Assembly: GCA_051294905.1 (NCBI GenBank)
Contig: CM119385.1
Coordinates: forward strand, 10,540,001-10,604,000
Length of the DNA: 64,000 nucleotides
DNA from: Botryllus schlosseri
Lineage: Eukaryota
Reading direction: 5' to 3'
The translations under genes were made by a program, and so were the position numbers. Below, in pieces: positions 1 to 11,885 of the stretch; position 1 is the first letter of the stretch, and each line of letters opens with the position of its first letter. The notes below the pieces were generated by a model, which saw only the letters and a program-made list of their open reading frames with translations, was not told where the DNA came from and did not search any database.

Positions 1-511
1 ATCATTCCTCACCAACGATTGCACATCGCAATTGTTCGAAGAAATATTCGCCGATTCCAACATTGCAAATAAGTTTTCTTCGGCCAGGACCAAGACTACA
101 AGCATTGTTACTGGAGTTTTTGCTCCATATTCTCAAAAATGATTTTGTCTAAACCTGGTGTACGGCCTTTTTCCATCTTGGTTGACGCCTCTAACGAGGT
201 GCAGAAGTTAGGTTTATCACCCTAGGGGCAGGGGGCGAAACCAACGGTTTTTTTAAGGGGGCTGACGTAGTGCTATTTCGGCCCTGAGTAAAGGTAAACC
301 TAGACCTGAGCTGTCGTGAGATCCATGAAGCACTTTCTAATAACAAGGAGTTTCTGGAGCAGGTTGTTTCTGGTGAAAAGTATGGGATGGAATGTGATAT
401 GCCACGGCTCGTATAAATACAAAGTACCGTATGTACAATAACGCTTGTTGATGCTAATCTATTTTTCTCGACTGTCCTTATTTTTGGGTCCAGGTCGATG
501 GCAACCCTGTT

Positions 512-863
512 TATACAGTTAAATAGTATATTGATATTGAAATGAACCCGAATATTTTCGGTTGACACTAGTCAAGGGTATTCGGCAGCAACTAGTTGAG
601 AATTGGAAAGAACATTGTATATCAACAATCGTATCACAAAATATGACGTCACCAGCATGAAATTTCGAATGAGAGAGCATTCAATGTACTATTTTTAGGT
701 GGTACACGAACTCCTTTTGTTGACATAGTTTTGGTTGGTGTATTTTGATAAAAGCTACAATGTTCTTTCCAATTCTCTACTAGTTGCTGCCCGATACCCT
801 TGACGAGTGTCAGCCGAAAATATTCGGGTTCATTTCAATATCAATATACTATTCAATTGTATA
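512..863. repeat. Inverted repeat (108-bp arms) carrying a degenerate hammerhead-like motif; probable Penelope-like element remnant
   Basis: Arms 512-619 and 756-863 are reverse complements with about 7 mismatches, separated by a 136-bp spacer. Confidence 0.85.
796..829 (+). ncRNA. Degenerate minimal type I hammerhead-like motif
   Basis: Reads accc-TTGACGA-GTGTCAGCC-GAAA-ATAT-TC-gggt, with a palindromic stem III (ATAT) and a 4-bp stem I. Core C3 is replaced by U. Confidence 0.4.
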
Positions 864-903
864 TTGAAGTTCTGTACCTCCAAGAAGCTCTTCATTTATA
901 CAG

Positions 904-1241
904 TTGCGTGCTGGACGAAACTTTCCGCTTCGAATCTGTGCCAGATGGAGATAAGCTTGCCGCGTATTTCAGTTTCGAGTCGTTTTCCTTCAAAGTCAAC
1001 CCAGGCAAGGTGATTTAACTAAAAGCCTAGTTCAATCCCGAACATTTGAATTATTATGCATTGTTTGGTTGTCATCGGACCGTCACTAATATCTCATCAG
1101 TATTATTGATTTCCCACAATATTGCTCCTTGTTAACATACGACATTTTTATCGAAAGCTGTACCTACATTGTGCGAGTCAAGTCTGCGTAGAAGATCATG
1201 TTGAAGAAACCTGTAACGTAAAGTGCAAGGAATCTGACAAG
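904..1241 (+). CDS. Gene A (partial): ZP-C domain exons of an Ig-EGF-ZP family protein
   Basis: Exons 904-1009 (CVLDETFRFE...AAYFSFESFSFKVNPGK) and 1158-1241 (LYLHCASQVC...TCNVKC) have AG/GT boundaries. Phases and sequence match gene B exons 41858-41969 and 45660-45752. Confidence 0.85.
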
Positions 1242-1297
1242 GTATAATCGGCAAGATGCGCATCTGTGCCCGGCTCTTCCTTCACGTTATTGCAAGG

Positions 1298-2960
1298 TAG
1301 GGTTGTCCATAATTTGGAAAATCTCAAAATTTATGCGTATCCATGTCTCATTTTATAGATTATACATAAAAAACGTCAATGAACCTGCAATAAGCTCACA
1401 GGAAAGTCGTTAACATTTGTCTAAATGCGTTTGAAAGTAGCTGCCGTAGAGTGGGCGTATCAGCGACCATAGAAAGACAAGCAGACTAGTAATCACGAAA
1501 TCACGGCGCTTGATTTGCTAATTTGCTATGCTTCAATGATCACGACGTTGGCGGCTTGCTGATCAGCTAGTCAAGGAGTCGGCTAATCATCATCATCATC
1601 ATCATTGGTTTATTAGCAATTTTATCAGTTCAATACACCACAAACGGCGGTGATTCTGTAAGCGCATTGTAGGTTGGTCCGCAGATAATGATTTAAGATT
1701 CATTCAGAACATGTTGAGTGACGAAATACATGATGAACAAAGAACAGCTGCTTCACAAAAACTTTAAATACATGACTTGATGGCTTATTGTGAAGGCAAC
1801 CGTTGTAGCGCGTATGCCTTGTTTTCATAGAGGGAAAGCACAAAAACACGAGAGGAAATATTCCAAAGGCGCTTATGCAAGTGGCGAACGAACATCTAGT
1901 TTCAGAGGGGATGTTCCATGATTGAATACAAATATAAAACTTGACATTGACGCTCCTGTGTCTGATCTTATCTTGTCGTGGTGGCCTATATAATTGAAGT
2001 CATAAAAGCTGTACGGGCTGTATTAATCAGCCATTTATGCTTGGAACTTGTCACATTCTTGCAGCATAATGAATCATACCCGCGAGTGCTGTCTAAGTCC
2101 TCAATGATGCCCTGGAAGAAGGTCTAAAGGCAAGCATAGACTATGCTGGTAGTACCAGCAAAAAGACTGTTCGCTTGCATTGTTTAGCATGTCTATAATG
2201 AATCTTAGATCATTACCGGCCGCATCACGACTAATGCTTGAATCAAACCAGACATGAACATACAAAAGAATGTATTGAAGCGGTGCGGTAGTTACATTTC
2301 TTTAGAGTCGCAATGCAAGCTACCTGGTCGGCCCACATATCTTCTGAGCATACAGGATTGTGTCCAGAATCCATCTCACATGGTGTGCTGCACCAGTTTG
2401 GCGATAACTAACAGACTTTACCTGCACTGCACCCAGAAAATCAGGACCACTTGGCGTAATCTCAATCATATCAGATAGGTATTTCTGGGATCTATAGGTT
2501 CACAAGCATTCGCTGTGTCACCTTTGTCATGCCTGCAATAGGGTATTGTTGTTTTGAACCTATCGTTATCTAGTTTTAACACTAAAAATTCAATGACCAA
2601 GTGTCTCATTTTAGTATTTAATCACCAACGTACAATGCGCTTACAGAATCATAGTTGCTGTTAGCGTACTTCTTGAACTAGTAGAAGCACATAATCAGCA
2701 AGCCGCCGTGGTCGTGATCATTGAAGCATAGCTGATTAACCAATCAAGAGACATGATTTCGTGATTACTAGTCTTCTCGCCATTCTATGGTCGCTAACAC
2801 GCCCACTCTATGGCAGCTACTTTCAAACGCATTTAGACAAATGTTAACGACTTTCCTGTAAGCTTATTGAAGGTTCATTGACGTTTTTTTATCAATAATC
2901 TACAGAATGAGACATGGATACGCATCTTTTTTGATATTTTCCAAATTTTGGACAACCCTA
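1298..2960. mobile_element. Non-autonomous hAT-type element with ~290-bp terminal inverted repeats
   Basis: Ends are TAGGGTTGTCCA...TGGACAACCCTA with a perfect 8-bp TSD TTGCAAGG. The arms at about 1298-1580 and 2670-2960 are reverse complements. Confidence 0.9.
1587..2651 (-). mobile_element. Decayed non-LTR retrotransposon (CR1/L2-like) 3' fragment with (ATG)n tail
   Basis: There is a (CAT)6 tract at 1587-1605. Broken minus-strand frames (e.g. LQYILLYVHVWFDSS) resemble the LINE ORF2 C-terminus; similarity judged by eye. Confidence 0.45.
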
Positions 2961-2992
2961 TTGCAAGGTGTTGGGCTATATCGAAACTAGTG

Positions 2993-4155
2993 TAGGGTTG
3001 CCATATTTTTGTGAAGCAAATTCCGGACACCCTTTAGCGCCCACTAGCGGATTTTAAAACGAGGTGTAACACATTGGCTGCAAATATGACGTCACACTAG
3101 CAAAGCATTGCCCATCGACTGCATACCCTATATAGGAATGACGTGGAACATAGGTCATGAATTGGGCCATCTGTAATGTGAGCTCTGGTGATTGCTACTA
3201 GCTAGGGTTTGCAATAGATTCCTCCACGGGCCGGATGAAATCATCCGGCGGGCCGTGTCTGGCCTGTCAGGATTGTGTCTGACAGCCCTGCTATACAGTT
3301 AGGTCGGTGCGGCTATCTGTATATGTGTTTTAATCAGGTCCGAAACAACATTACCCCCCCCACTTCCGCCCCAAAAGCACTGATCTTGGACCCACCATAG
3401 GGTAGTCGCTGTTAGTTGCTGGCCACTTACTATATGCATTTGGCTGTTAAATTTTATGTATGAATTCTGTCAATAATATTGATTTTTGATATATTAGGCT
3501 ACTATGAAATATAAAATGCAGCAGCAGGTTGCACATCCGGTGATTTCCAACCTTTTATGCTCGCGACCTCATTTCCCACTTGAAAATGTTCTGGGGCAAA
3601 GCTCAAAACTTGATAAGCTGATTACTAAAAGAATTCAGCTTTCCCAAACTTACTCACGGCCTAGGAAGCTGATTACGTCCAACATCATCGCGATCACCAG
3701 ATAATGGCGGACGACCCCAAGATCTGGAACCACTATCTGTGATTGAAGCATCCAATCGGCCTTTACCAACTCTAGGAATATACCGTTAGCTTATAATTGC
3801 GCTTACAATCAGACTTATTTCAGTAGATGATGGTTATTTATATTTATTTTGATTGCATTTTTGGCGAGGGTGGTGCCTGGAGCCCATACTAATATCATAC
3901 GTTGCGGTGGTGCCTGGAGCCCATACTAATATCATACGTTGCATTACCTCGCGCTGGGCGCGAAGAACAATTTTGAACAGCATAAATCTGCTTGAAAATA
4001 ATATTGTTTATGTTGATTTACGAAAAACTTTTGAGCCTGCTTCAAGCCTTCAAAATTCCGGACACTTAGGCATATTTTAGAAATTCCTCCCGGACGCAGA
4101 TTTTTCAGTGAAATTCCGGACATGTCCGGGAAATTCCGGACGTATGGCAACCCTA
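2993..4155. mobile_element. hAT-type MITE
   Basis: TIRs are TAGGGTTGCCATA/TATGGCAACCCTA with a perfect 8-bp TSD AACTAGTG. Confidence 0.9.
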
Positions 4156-4236
4156 AACTAGTGTTACATTTATATCATGGACCTTGCTTTAAAAGAATTA
4201 TTGTTGTCGTTTGTCATATTTTTTGATCCGTTAACC

Positions 4237-4701
4237 CAGTGGTTCTCAACCCATTTCGACCTCGCGGCACCGTCTAAAAGGACGGAAATAGTTCGCGTCA
4301 CCTCTTGGCAGTATTACGTTCGAAAGCATAGGAGGTTGACCTGATACGCCCCTTCATTGTTGTGCTCATAGTTTCCATACAACAATGTCCAGAGAAAGAC
4401 CCAATTCAGGACAAATTCAAGGAGATCACTGTTCCATCGGACACTAGGTCGAGGGGGTGCTATAGATATATCTATATATATAGATTGAGTGACCGTACTC
4501 GGTCGTTTCGACATGCTCCCATCCGTTCATTACTCCGCATTGTACATCGTGTATCCTGAGCGTGTAAAAATAATAGAACCCCCGATTTTGCCGCACTCCT
4601 AATTTGGATTCGTTAATTTTTGTTCCACGTGAACCTTGTTCACCACATTTGCTCGCTGCATCCCTGGTCGGTCCAATCGACTTACCGGTTGAGAACCACT
4701 G
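4237..4701. mobile_element. hAT (Charlie-like) MITE
   Basis: TIR CAGTGGTTCTCAACC at both ends. TSD is CGTTAACC/GGTTAACC (7/8). Confidence 0.85.
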
Positions 4702-5073
4702 GGTTAACCAATACCCCCAAATCCACCTCCTTCTTCACGTAACTCATTCACGTATGACAACGAGTGAATGGAGGAGGTAAGGAGCGAATAAATCAGAGGT
4801 TCTGAAACTTTCTTTGAACGCGGACCCTTTCAAGTTTTGTAGGCGGTTCTGCGTACCCACAAATTTAAGAAGCATGTGACTGATGGAATGACATCAACCT
4901 GAAATCTATTTACGTTATTTCATGCCTGAAATAAGATAACTAATAAGATGGAAGTCATAGTTCCACTCCCAATCACGACCTAATTCTCAAAGGATAACCT
5001 GAGTTTGTAGCCCGTACACCACAGTTTAAGAGCTCCTGTCTGTCATATCAACACGAAGATCTTTAGATTATCT

Positions 5074-6181
5074 CAGAGGTGGGCAAACTTTTGAGCTCGC
5101 GGACCGCATTCCACGTCAGAATCCATTCGCGGGCCGCACTATATAAAATTGGGATTATAAACTAAAACAAAACATCGGTATTTCATTATATAGGGAGGAC
5201 ATGGAGATAATATATATGCTTATTTAAAACAAACCAAACATTGCTTTGATGATATCGTACCGCGACAGAAACAGTGGCGAGATTTCATAGACTGGTCGAC
5301 CCCAATAACCAATTTATCAAAACTATAGACATGAATGTCGGTTGTCCCGATTCCGTTCATAGATTTACTAATTCCAATTTTGGTTCAGTTCCAGAACACA
5401 CAATGCTGACAGCATCATAACCATGTTAGCTTCAAACACGCTTCTACTATGTGTAGATCAGATATAATTGCCCTAACACTACTCATACAGAGAACGAATC
5501 TACCTAAGACACGCGCGAATCGTTTTTGTAAGCATGCCACTGAAATAATTAAAACTGGATGGGCCAATCTGAAATCATACTCGTGATCCGAATTATGTCA
5601 ATCTCGTTTAGGATTTCTGTGATGTTTAGCAATTGAAACCTTTCAAGCTGCGTGGGCCTTAAGATCGGGCTGTCGCGCCAGAAAGTAAAACATAAAAAAA
5701 TAATATAAAAAGTATTTACCTTAGAATACTAGTTCTCAAACTTTTTAAGACACGCCCCCCTATGATGGTGAACGATTACGCGCCCCTTATCGTCATATCA
5801 CAAAACGCAATCAGGATGCTAGCAAACGTAACGGATAGTTTGATGGCATGGAAGGTTACGACTGTGGAGTGTGGATGAGAGATTTTTAAATAATCTTAGA
5901 TTGGATGTAAATAATGCGAAGCGCGAAAAAGTTTCAGTTGAGCTCAGCTTCGCGCCACCCTTCAGATGCTTTCACGCCCGTAAGGGGGCGCGACTCCAGT
6001 TTGAGAACCAATGCCTTAGAACTATCATGGTGACATATAGGCCTACTAAGAAAAAGTTTAATCAAGTCCCTGCATTAATTCGACTTTTTAGTACGAATTT
6101 TATCAATATTTTTTAAAAGTTTCTTTAGACTCTCGCGGGCCTCACAGAACGGTGTTGCGGGCCGTAGTTTGCCCACCCCTG
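5074..6181. mobile_element. hAT (Charlie-like) MITE
   Basis: TIRs are CAGAGGTGGGCAAACT/AGTTTGCCCACCCCTG. TSD is GATTATCT/CATTATCT (7/8), with GCGGGCCG subterminal motifs. Confidence 0.85.
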
Positions 6182-6478
6182 CATTATCTGCATGGAATCG
6201 CATAAAAGAATGTTATGCTATGGGTTCTACAATGTACACACTCTAGCTGTATATGGAGGCTGTCCGTTTCGCAGAGCAGACCACATTTTATGCCTTATAT
6301 TTAATTCTGTGAAATATAACACGGGATTAAATGTTGGACTGAAAAATATATGTACCCATGGTATTTCTAATAGGTTATCCGGCGGTCAATCGTCTCGCAC
6401 CACAATGTCACAACTCGATATTATGGGGTGCGCATTTTGTCTCACCCAGAATACTGTTGATGCTACATATACAATATG

Positions 6479-6479
<1 letters not shown>

Positions 6480-6525
<46 letters not shown>
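6480..6525. repeat. (CA)n microsatellite
   Basis: About 22 uninterrupted CA units. Confidence 0.98.
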
Positions 6526-6527
<2 letters not shown>

Positions 6528-6684
6528 ATTTTACAATAATCCAATTGAAATCCCACCAAAAATTAGAAATTAGTATAGTATCATCAAGTATATTATCATG
6601 GCCCCTGGAAACGACTAGTGGAATCTATTCGTTACTAACACCCCCTCGCTATTGCGGTTCATAATTCCTTTTTGTATTCCTAAG

Positions 6685-6795
6685 GACGAGGCGGACATAA
6701 GCACAACTGAATCACCGAATATAAAAGCAACAATTGACAGGACATCACGAATGGAAATTGAAGTTATACCCGGGAAACCGAATCCAGATGAATAG
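6685..6795 (+). CDS. Candidate terminal exon of gene A
   Basis: A pyrimidine tract plus AAG acceptor precedes a phase-0 open frame DEADISTTESPNIK...PNPDE*. AATAAA follows at 6838-6843. Confidence 0.4.
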   Translation, partial: DEADISTTESPNIKATIDRTSRMEIEVIPGKPNPDE

Positions 6796-7593
6796 ACTGC
6801 ATACTCTGATCCTGGACATTGAGAGAAATATGTTTGCAATAAAATGTTAGTGGTATATTCTGATGCGTTTCAAAGTTAGTTGAGGGCTATCTATTAGACA
6901 AGGGGCTCCTAACCTGGGGTGGGAGGCGTTTTCCATTTATCTGAGGTTCGCTGAGACGACATCAACGACTAACACAACAATGTAAATCTATCTCTGATAT
7001 CGGTGGCTCATTTCTGAAAATTTTCAGTTCGTTTTACAAAATGAAAAATGCAATCGTTGAGAGATACGAAACAAGGTATCAGCTGAAGCGTGGTTTAAGG
7101 CGCCGCTTACTATAACACAAGAATGGTGCCTAGCCAGTAGCCACTATATTATAAACCAGGGAAAGGTATGGTATGGCGTGGAACGAAATGTCAGAATGTA
7201 ATATGGACATTTTTAAGAATGGAATGGAATATATTTTACATACTTCCATATTTTAACAGTTTTGCCAGAACTACGACAGAGTTCCTAACTTGCGATTTGT
7301 CAAATCCATAGCATACCACAGAAAATCGCTCACTGGCAGCCGACAGGTTACTGTTCAAGTCGCAATAGGCTATTTGCAGAACTTGGATCACGTGACCCAA
7401 GTCCTGAAAATAGCCTATTGCGACTCAGACTCGGCCCCACTGGTCGAGATATTATTGAAGACAACGTTCTACAACGCGCATACAAATGAAAATAATGGTA
7501 TTGACAAGAATCCTGATAATCTGTATAATTTAAAAAGACGATATTCGATCGTGTCACGTCCTACAATCATAAACTCTGAAAATGAGGCACGTG

Positions 7594-7796
7594 TGTGGTG
7601 ATCCGCAATTAAGCAATAATTACTTTCATCTGATTAGTTACGATGTACAGTACAGTGTCGCCTTATCGTTACCGTGTCATTCTATTCTCTTCTGTTCTGC
7701 TGTCGGTTGTGTTTTATGTTGCTTAAAGCCACATTGGTTACCTTTGCTTTAATAAAGCTTCAGTCAGTTATTCAACGCATTAGTCAGTTCACGACA
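7594..7796 (+). repeat. 5' LTR of element 1
   Basis: TGTGGTGA...CACGACA, with AATAAA at 7751. Confidence 0.95.
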
Positions 7797-7815
7797 ATTT
7801 GAGCAACATAGAATT

Positions 7816-9369
7816 ATGGCAGAAAGGATTCTGAAACCAGACAAGCTCGATATCAGTCCGGACTCCGCCTTTGCTGAAAAACAGTATAAGCATTGGAAGA
7901 AGACCTTCGATAATTTTCTTTCATCATTTGATCAAGATACACAAATCGACAAGCTGAAGATCTTAACGAATTTCGTGTCGTCGTCTGTCTATTCCTATTT
8001 TGAAGAAAGTTCGACTTACGATACCGCAATAGCACTTCTCGACAATATTTATATCAAGCAAAAGAACGAAATCTTCGTCCGCCACATGCTAGTAACTCGT
8101 ATTCAGAAGCCCGAAGAGACGATCGAGGAATTTTCCCGCGCCTTGGCAGATCTAGCGAAAGATTGCACATTCAAGACTCTCTCGGCGGAAGATCATCGCA
8201 AGGAGTCCATCCGCGACGCTTTCGTTACTGGTCTCCGATCAAACGTTATCAGACAGAGATTATTAGAAAGTGACGGGGCTGTAACCCGCGAATTGGCGAT
8301 CTCAAAAGCCCGCTCATTAGAATTCGCCCAACGAAGCTCTAGTATCTATTGCAGCACTCCATGTTCATCTGTCGGCGTCGAACCGCTGGAAAAATATTTG
8401 AATCCTGAAGTCGAACTATCATCCGCAGAAACTCACAGTCGACTCAACGCAATGAGCAAAACAATCAAACCTAATCGGAAGTGCTTTTTTTGCGGTCAGT
8501 CATTCCACTCCCGATATAAATGTCCAGCGAAACGGAGCGAGTGTGGCTATTGTGGAGTCCTAGGTCATTATGAAGTGGTTTGCATGAGAAAGGCCACCGA
8601 CAACAGGAGAACAGTAACTGCAATGATCTCATACTTCAGCGCCATCGGAGTACCCAAATGTCTCATAAAAGCAAGAATCGTGGTTAAGATCGGCTGCCAC
8701 ATAACATTTGCTTTAATCGACTCCGGTTCCGCGGAAAGCTTCATAAGCACTGGATACGCCAACGAAATTGACCTGAAATCCACTCCGTACTCCTCTACGG
8801 TTACATTTGCTTCCAAATCACATTCCCGCAAGATTGAAGAACTCTACAGACCGGACATTCTTGTAAACGAAACGAAATATACGGAATTCCCTCTTAAAGG
8901 AATGGAAGATTTGTGCGCTGATGTGGTGCTTGGTCTCGATTTCATGAACTTGCATAAACGAGTCATTTTCAATATGGACGGAGATAGAGATACCTTTGAA
9001 CTCCCTCGAGATCAGAAGTACAGGGTATGCGGAGTTGCTCAAGCGTGTGTCGAAGCACCGCAAATTTTCAAGTTTATGACACCGAATTGTAAACCGATTG
9101 CCACTAAATCCAGAAGATACAGCGAAGCCGATCTACATTTCATTAAAGCGGAAGTTGCGAAACTCGAGAAGGAAGGAATCATCGAGCCGTCCTCATCGCC
9201 TTGGCGAGCACAGGTTCTTGTTGTAAATGACGGTCGACACAAGAAGCGCATGGTCATCGACTTCTCTCAGACGGTCAACAGGTATACCTTACTAGACGCC
9301 TATCCTTTACCAAGGATCGATGACCAAGTCAACAACATCGCCCGTTTCAAAGTTTTTTCAGTACGTTAG
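7816..9369 (+). pseudogene. gag-pol: Element 1 gag-protease-RT N-terminus (fused ORF, ends in a frameshift)
   Basis: Contains a double zinc knuckle (CFFCGQSFH...C, CGYCGVLGHYEVVC), protease LIDSGS and RT SPWRAQVLVV/PLPRIDD. The frame breaks at the T6 run near 9353-9362, within the FSTLDL motif. Confidence 0.93.
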
Positions 9370-9392
9370 ATCTGAAGTCCGCGTATTATCAA

Positions 9393-10382
9393 GTGGCACT
9401 ATCACCTGATGATCGTCCGTATACGGCATTCGAAACCGCTGGAAATCTTTACCAATACCGTCGATTGCCATTTGGAGTCACCAACGGAGTTTCGGCATTT
9501 CAAAGAATAATAGACAACGTCATAAAAGACAACAAGCTCACCGGCACCTTCGCTTATCTGGATAATATTACTGTTTGCGGTATGGATAAGGACGATCACG
9601 ATCGGAATCTCGACGCGTTTCTCAATGCTGCTCAGCGATTCAGCCTCACTTTCAATCATTCGAAGTCGATCATCCGTTCTACGGAAATAGACTTGCTCGG
9701 TTATCGTGTGTCGCATGGCCTGATCAAACCGGACCCAGAAAGACTAAAGCCGTTAATCGATTTATTGCCGCCACGCAACAACCCAGAACTAAAACGAGTG
9801 TGTGGCATGTTTGCCTACTATGCCAAATGGTTGCCCAACTTTTCCGACAAAGTCCGTCCTTTGTATTCAGTCGAAAAATTTCCGCTTTCCGAAAATGCAT
9901 CTATCGCATTTAACGATTTAAAACGCGAGTTAGTTGACGCTTCTCTTGGTAGGATCGACGAGACAAGTCCGTTCACAATAGAGTATGATGCTTCTAATGC
10001 AGCCATTACAGCTATCCTTAGTCAAAACGGTCGACCGGTCGCGTTCATGTCAAAAGCACTATCACCAAGTGAAATACGCTACTCCTCTGTTGAGAAAGAA
10101 GCGTCTTCAATTATCGCGGCAGTTCGTAAATGGGCTCATTTTTTACATGGCAGACATTTCACTCTTGTTACTGACCAGAGATCTGTCGCGTTCATGTTTG
10201 ACGGCAAATCTAAAGGTAAAATAAAAAATACCAAAATCCAGCTGTGGCGTGTCGAACTCGGTCAATTTTCGTATGATATCGTACACAAACCGGGGGCACT
10301 GAATGTTGCGGCTGATATGTTTTCGCGGACCACATCTTCGTATTGCGCATCGATTTCACCCTGTGAGTTGGGTTCTATCTAA
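9393..10382 (+). pseudogene. pol: Element 1 RT and RNase H fragment
   Basis: RT motifs LPFGVTNGVSAFQR and AYLDN; RNase H motifs YDAS, EKE, VTDQ and ADMFSR. Confidence 0.93.
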
Positions 10383-10387
10383 ATCGC

Positions 10388-11485
10388 ATACACGACACTC
10401 TGGGTCATCCAGGAGTCACAAGGCTGCATCATTTCGTTCGTTCGAAAAATCTCTCGTTCTCCCTAAATGACGTCCGTGAGACCTGCGCTCGTTGCCGCAT
10501 TTGTGCTCAAATCAAACCAAATTTTTACAAATGCAATCCGCAAGTGCTTGTGAAAGCAACGAAACCTTGGGAAAGAATCAACGTAGACTTCAAAGGGCCT
10601 TTGAAATCTAACAAATCCCCTTTCATGTTCGTTGTCATAGACGAATATAGTCGTTTTCCGTTCGCCTTTCCATGTCGCAACACTTCCGCGCTAACCGTCG
10701 TTTCGTGTTTGTCGACACTATTCGCTGTTTTTGGACTTCTGGGATACGTTCACAGTGACCGAGGCACCGCTTTCGTGTCCAAGGAAGTCAAGGATTATTT
10801 ACATTCTCGCGGGGTTGCAACTAGCTTCACTACGCCTTACCACCCAACAGGAAATTCGCAGTGCGAACGCCTTAATCGAACATTATGACGAACTATCAAA
10901 CTCATTTTGAAATCAACCGGAGTCTCAGAATCATGTTGGGCTGACGCCCTTCCTCATGCGCTACATTCAGTTCGATCGCTACTTTGCACGTCAACTAATT
11001 CAACACCGCATGACCGATTTTTTTCCTTTCCAAGAAAAAGTATGGTGGGGAATAGCGTGCCATCCTGGCTATTGACACCGGGGCCAGTTTTCTTACGCAA
11101 ATTCGTCAGAAACAAGGGCGACGAACTATGTTCTGAGGTCGAACTTATTGAAGCCAACCCGACTTACGCACGTGTTCGTTTTCCTAACGGCCGCGAGTCC
11201 AACGTCTCACTCAACGATTTGGCCCGTTTTCCTACTGGAGAAGAAACACCGTCGACTAATCCTGAAACGAAACAAGCTGAACCTTGTTCTGTTGATATCG
11301 ATGGCCACGAGCCAAGTCGCGAAGTTTCTAACGTTGAGTTGAAGTCATCTGATGAAGAGCCTCAAGAATCTAACCATTCAGAGGATGTACCAGATGATTC
11401 GAGTAGAAATCTAGACGTCGAGCTTCGGCGTTCAACTAGAGTTAGGCGCCAGCCGGATCGGTATGGTAATTTTGTTAGTCATTGA
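10388..11485 (+). pseudogene. pol: Element 1 integrase with frameshift and internal stop
   Basis: Contains the HHCC region (HDTLGHPG...CRIC), VDFKGP, HSDRG, YHPTGNSQCE and C-terminal LRRSTRVRRQPDRYG. An in-frame TGA at 10886-10888 replaces a Trp codon. Confidence 0.92.
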
Positions 11486-11537
11486 TATTTTTGTGTCATT
11501 TTTATATGTGAATTTACAAAATGCAAGGGGGGTAGAA

Positions 11538-11740
11538 TGTGGTGATCCGCAATTAGGCAATAATTACTTTTCTCTGATTAGTTACGTTGTACAGTACAGT
11601 GTCGCCTTATCGTTATCGTGTCATTCTATTCTCTTCTGTTCTGCTGTCAGTTGTGTTCTATGTTGCTTAAAGCCACATTGGTTACCTTTGCTTTAATAAA
11701 GCTTCCGTTAGTTATTCAACGCAATAGTCAGTTTACGACA
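11538..11740 (+). repeat. 3' LTR of element 1
   Basis: Direct repeat of 7594-7796, about 94.6% identical by manual count. Confidence 0.95.
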
Positions 11741-11885
11741 AAGTGTTAGTATGTGAACGCGGTTATTGTTGGTATTTGAATCGCCGTCTACGCCGGCTCT
11801 GTGGCAAACTAATTACCAAAATATTACCAAGCAAGTGATTCCTAGATTTAGCAAACTATTTCACACCCTTTTTTGCTAAAAGTAC

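Larger units (their letters stand above)
7594..11740 (+). mobile_element. Ty3/gypsy (Mag-like) LTR retrotransposon, element 1, decayed
   Basis: 203-bp LTRs (TG...CA, 11 mismatches), near-TSD ACGTG/AAGTG and PPT AAGGGGGGTAGAA at 11525-11537. Domain order is gag-PR-RT-RH-IN. Confidence 0.97.

Noticed and set aside
191-568. 125-aa minus-strand ORF
   Set aside because: It starts inside the inverted-repeat arm, has no recognisable motif, and its N-terminus merely mirrors ORF 807-1013.
4362-4559. Possible gene A exon (EKDPIQDKFKEITVP)
   Set aside because: It lies within the TIR/TSD-bounded MITE 4237-4701 and has no similarity to gene B.
10886-10888. TGG-to-TGA stops in both integrases (also 32402-32404) as a sign of deaminase editing
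   Set aside because: There are only two events and the LTR differences show no G-to-A bias. Trp codons are common sources of nonsense changes.
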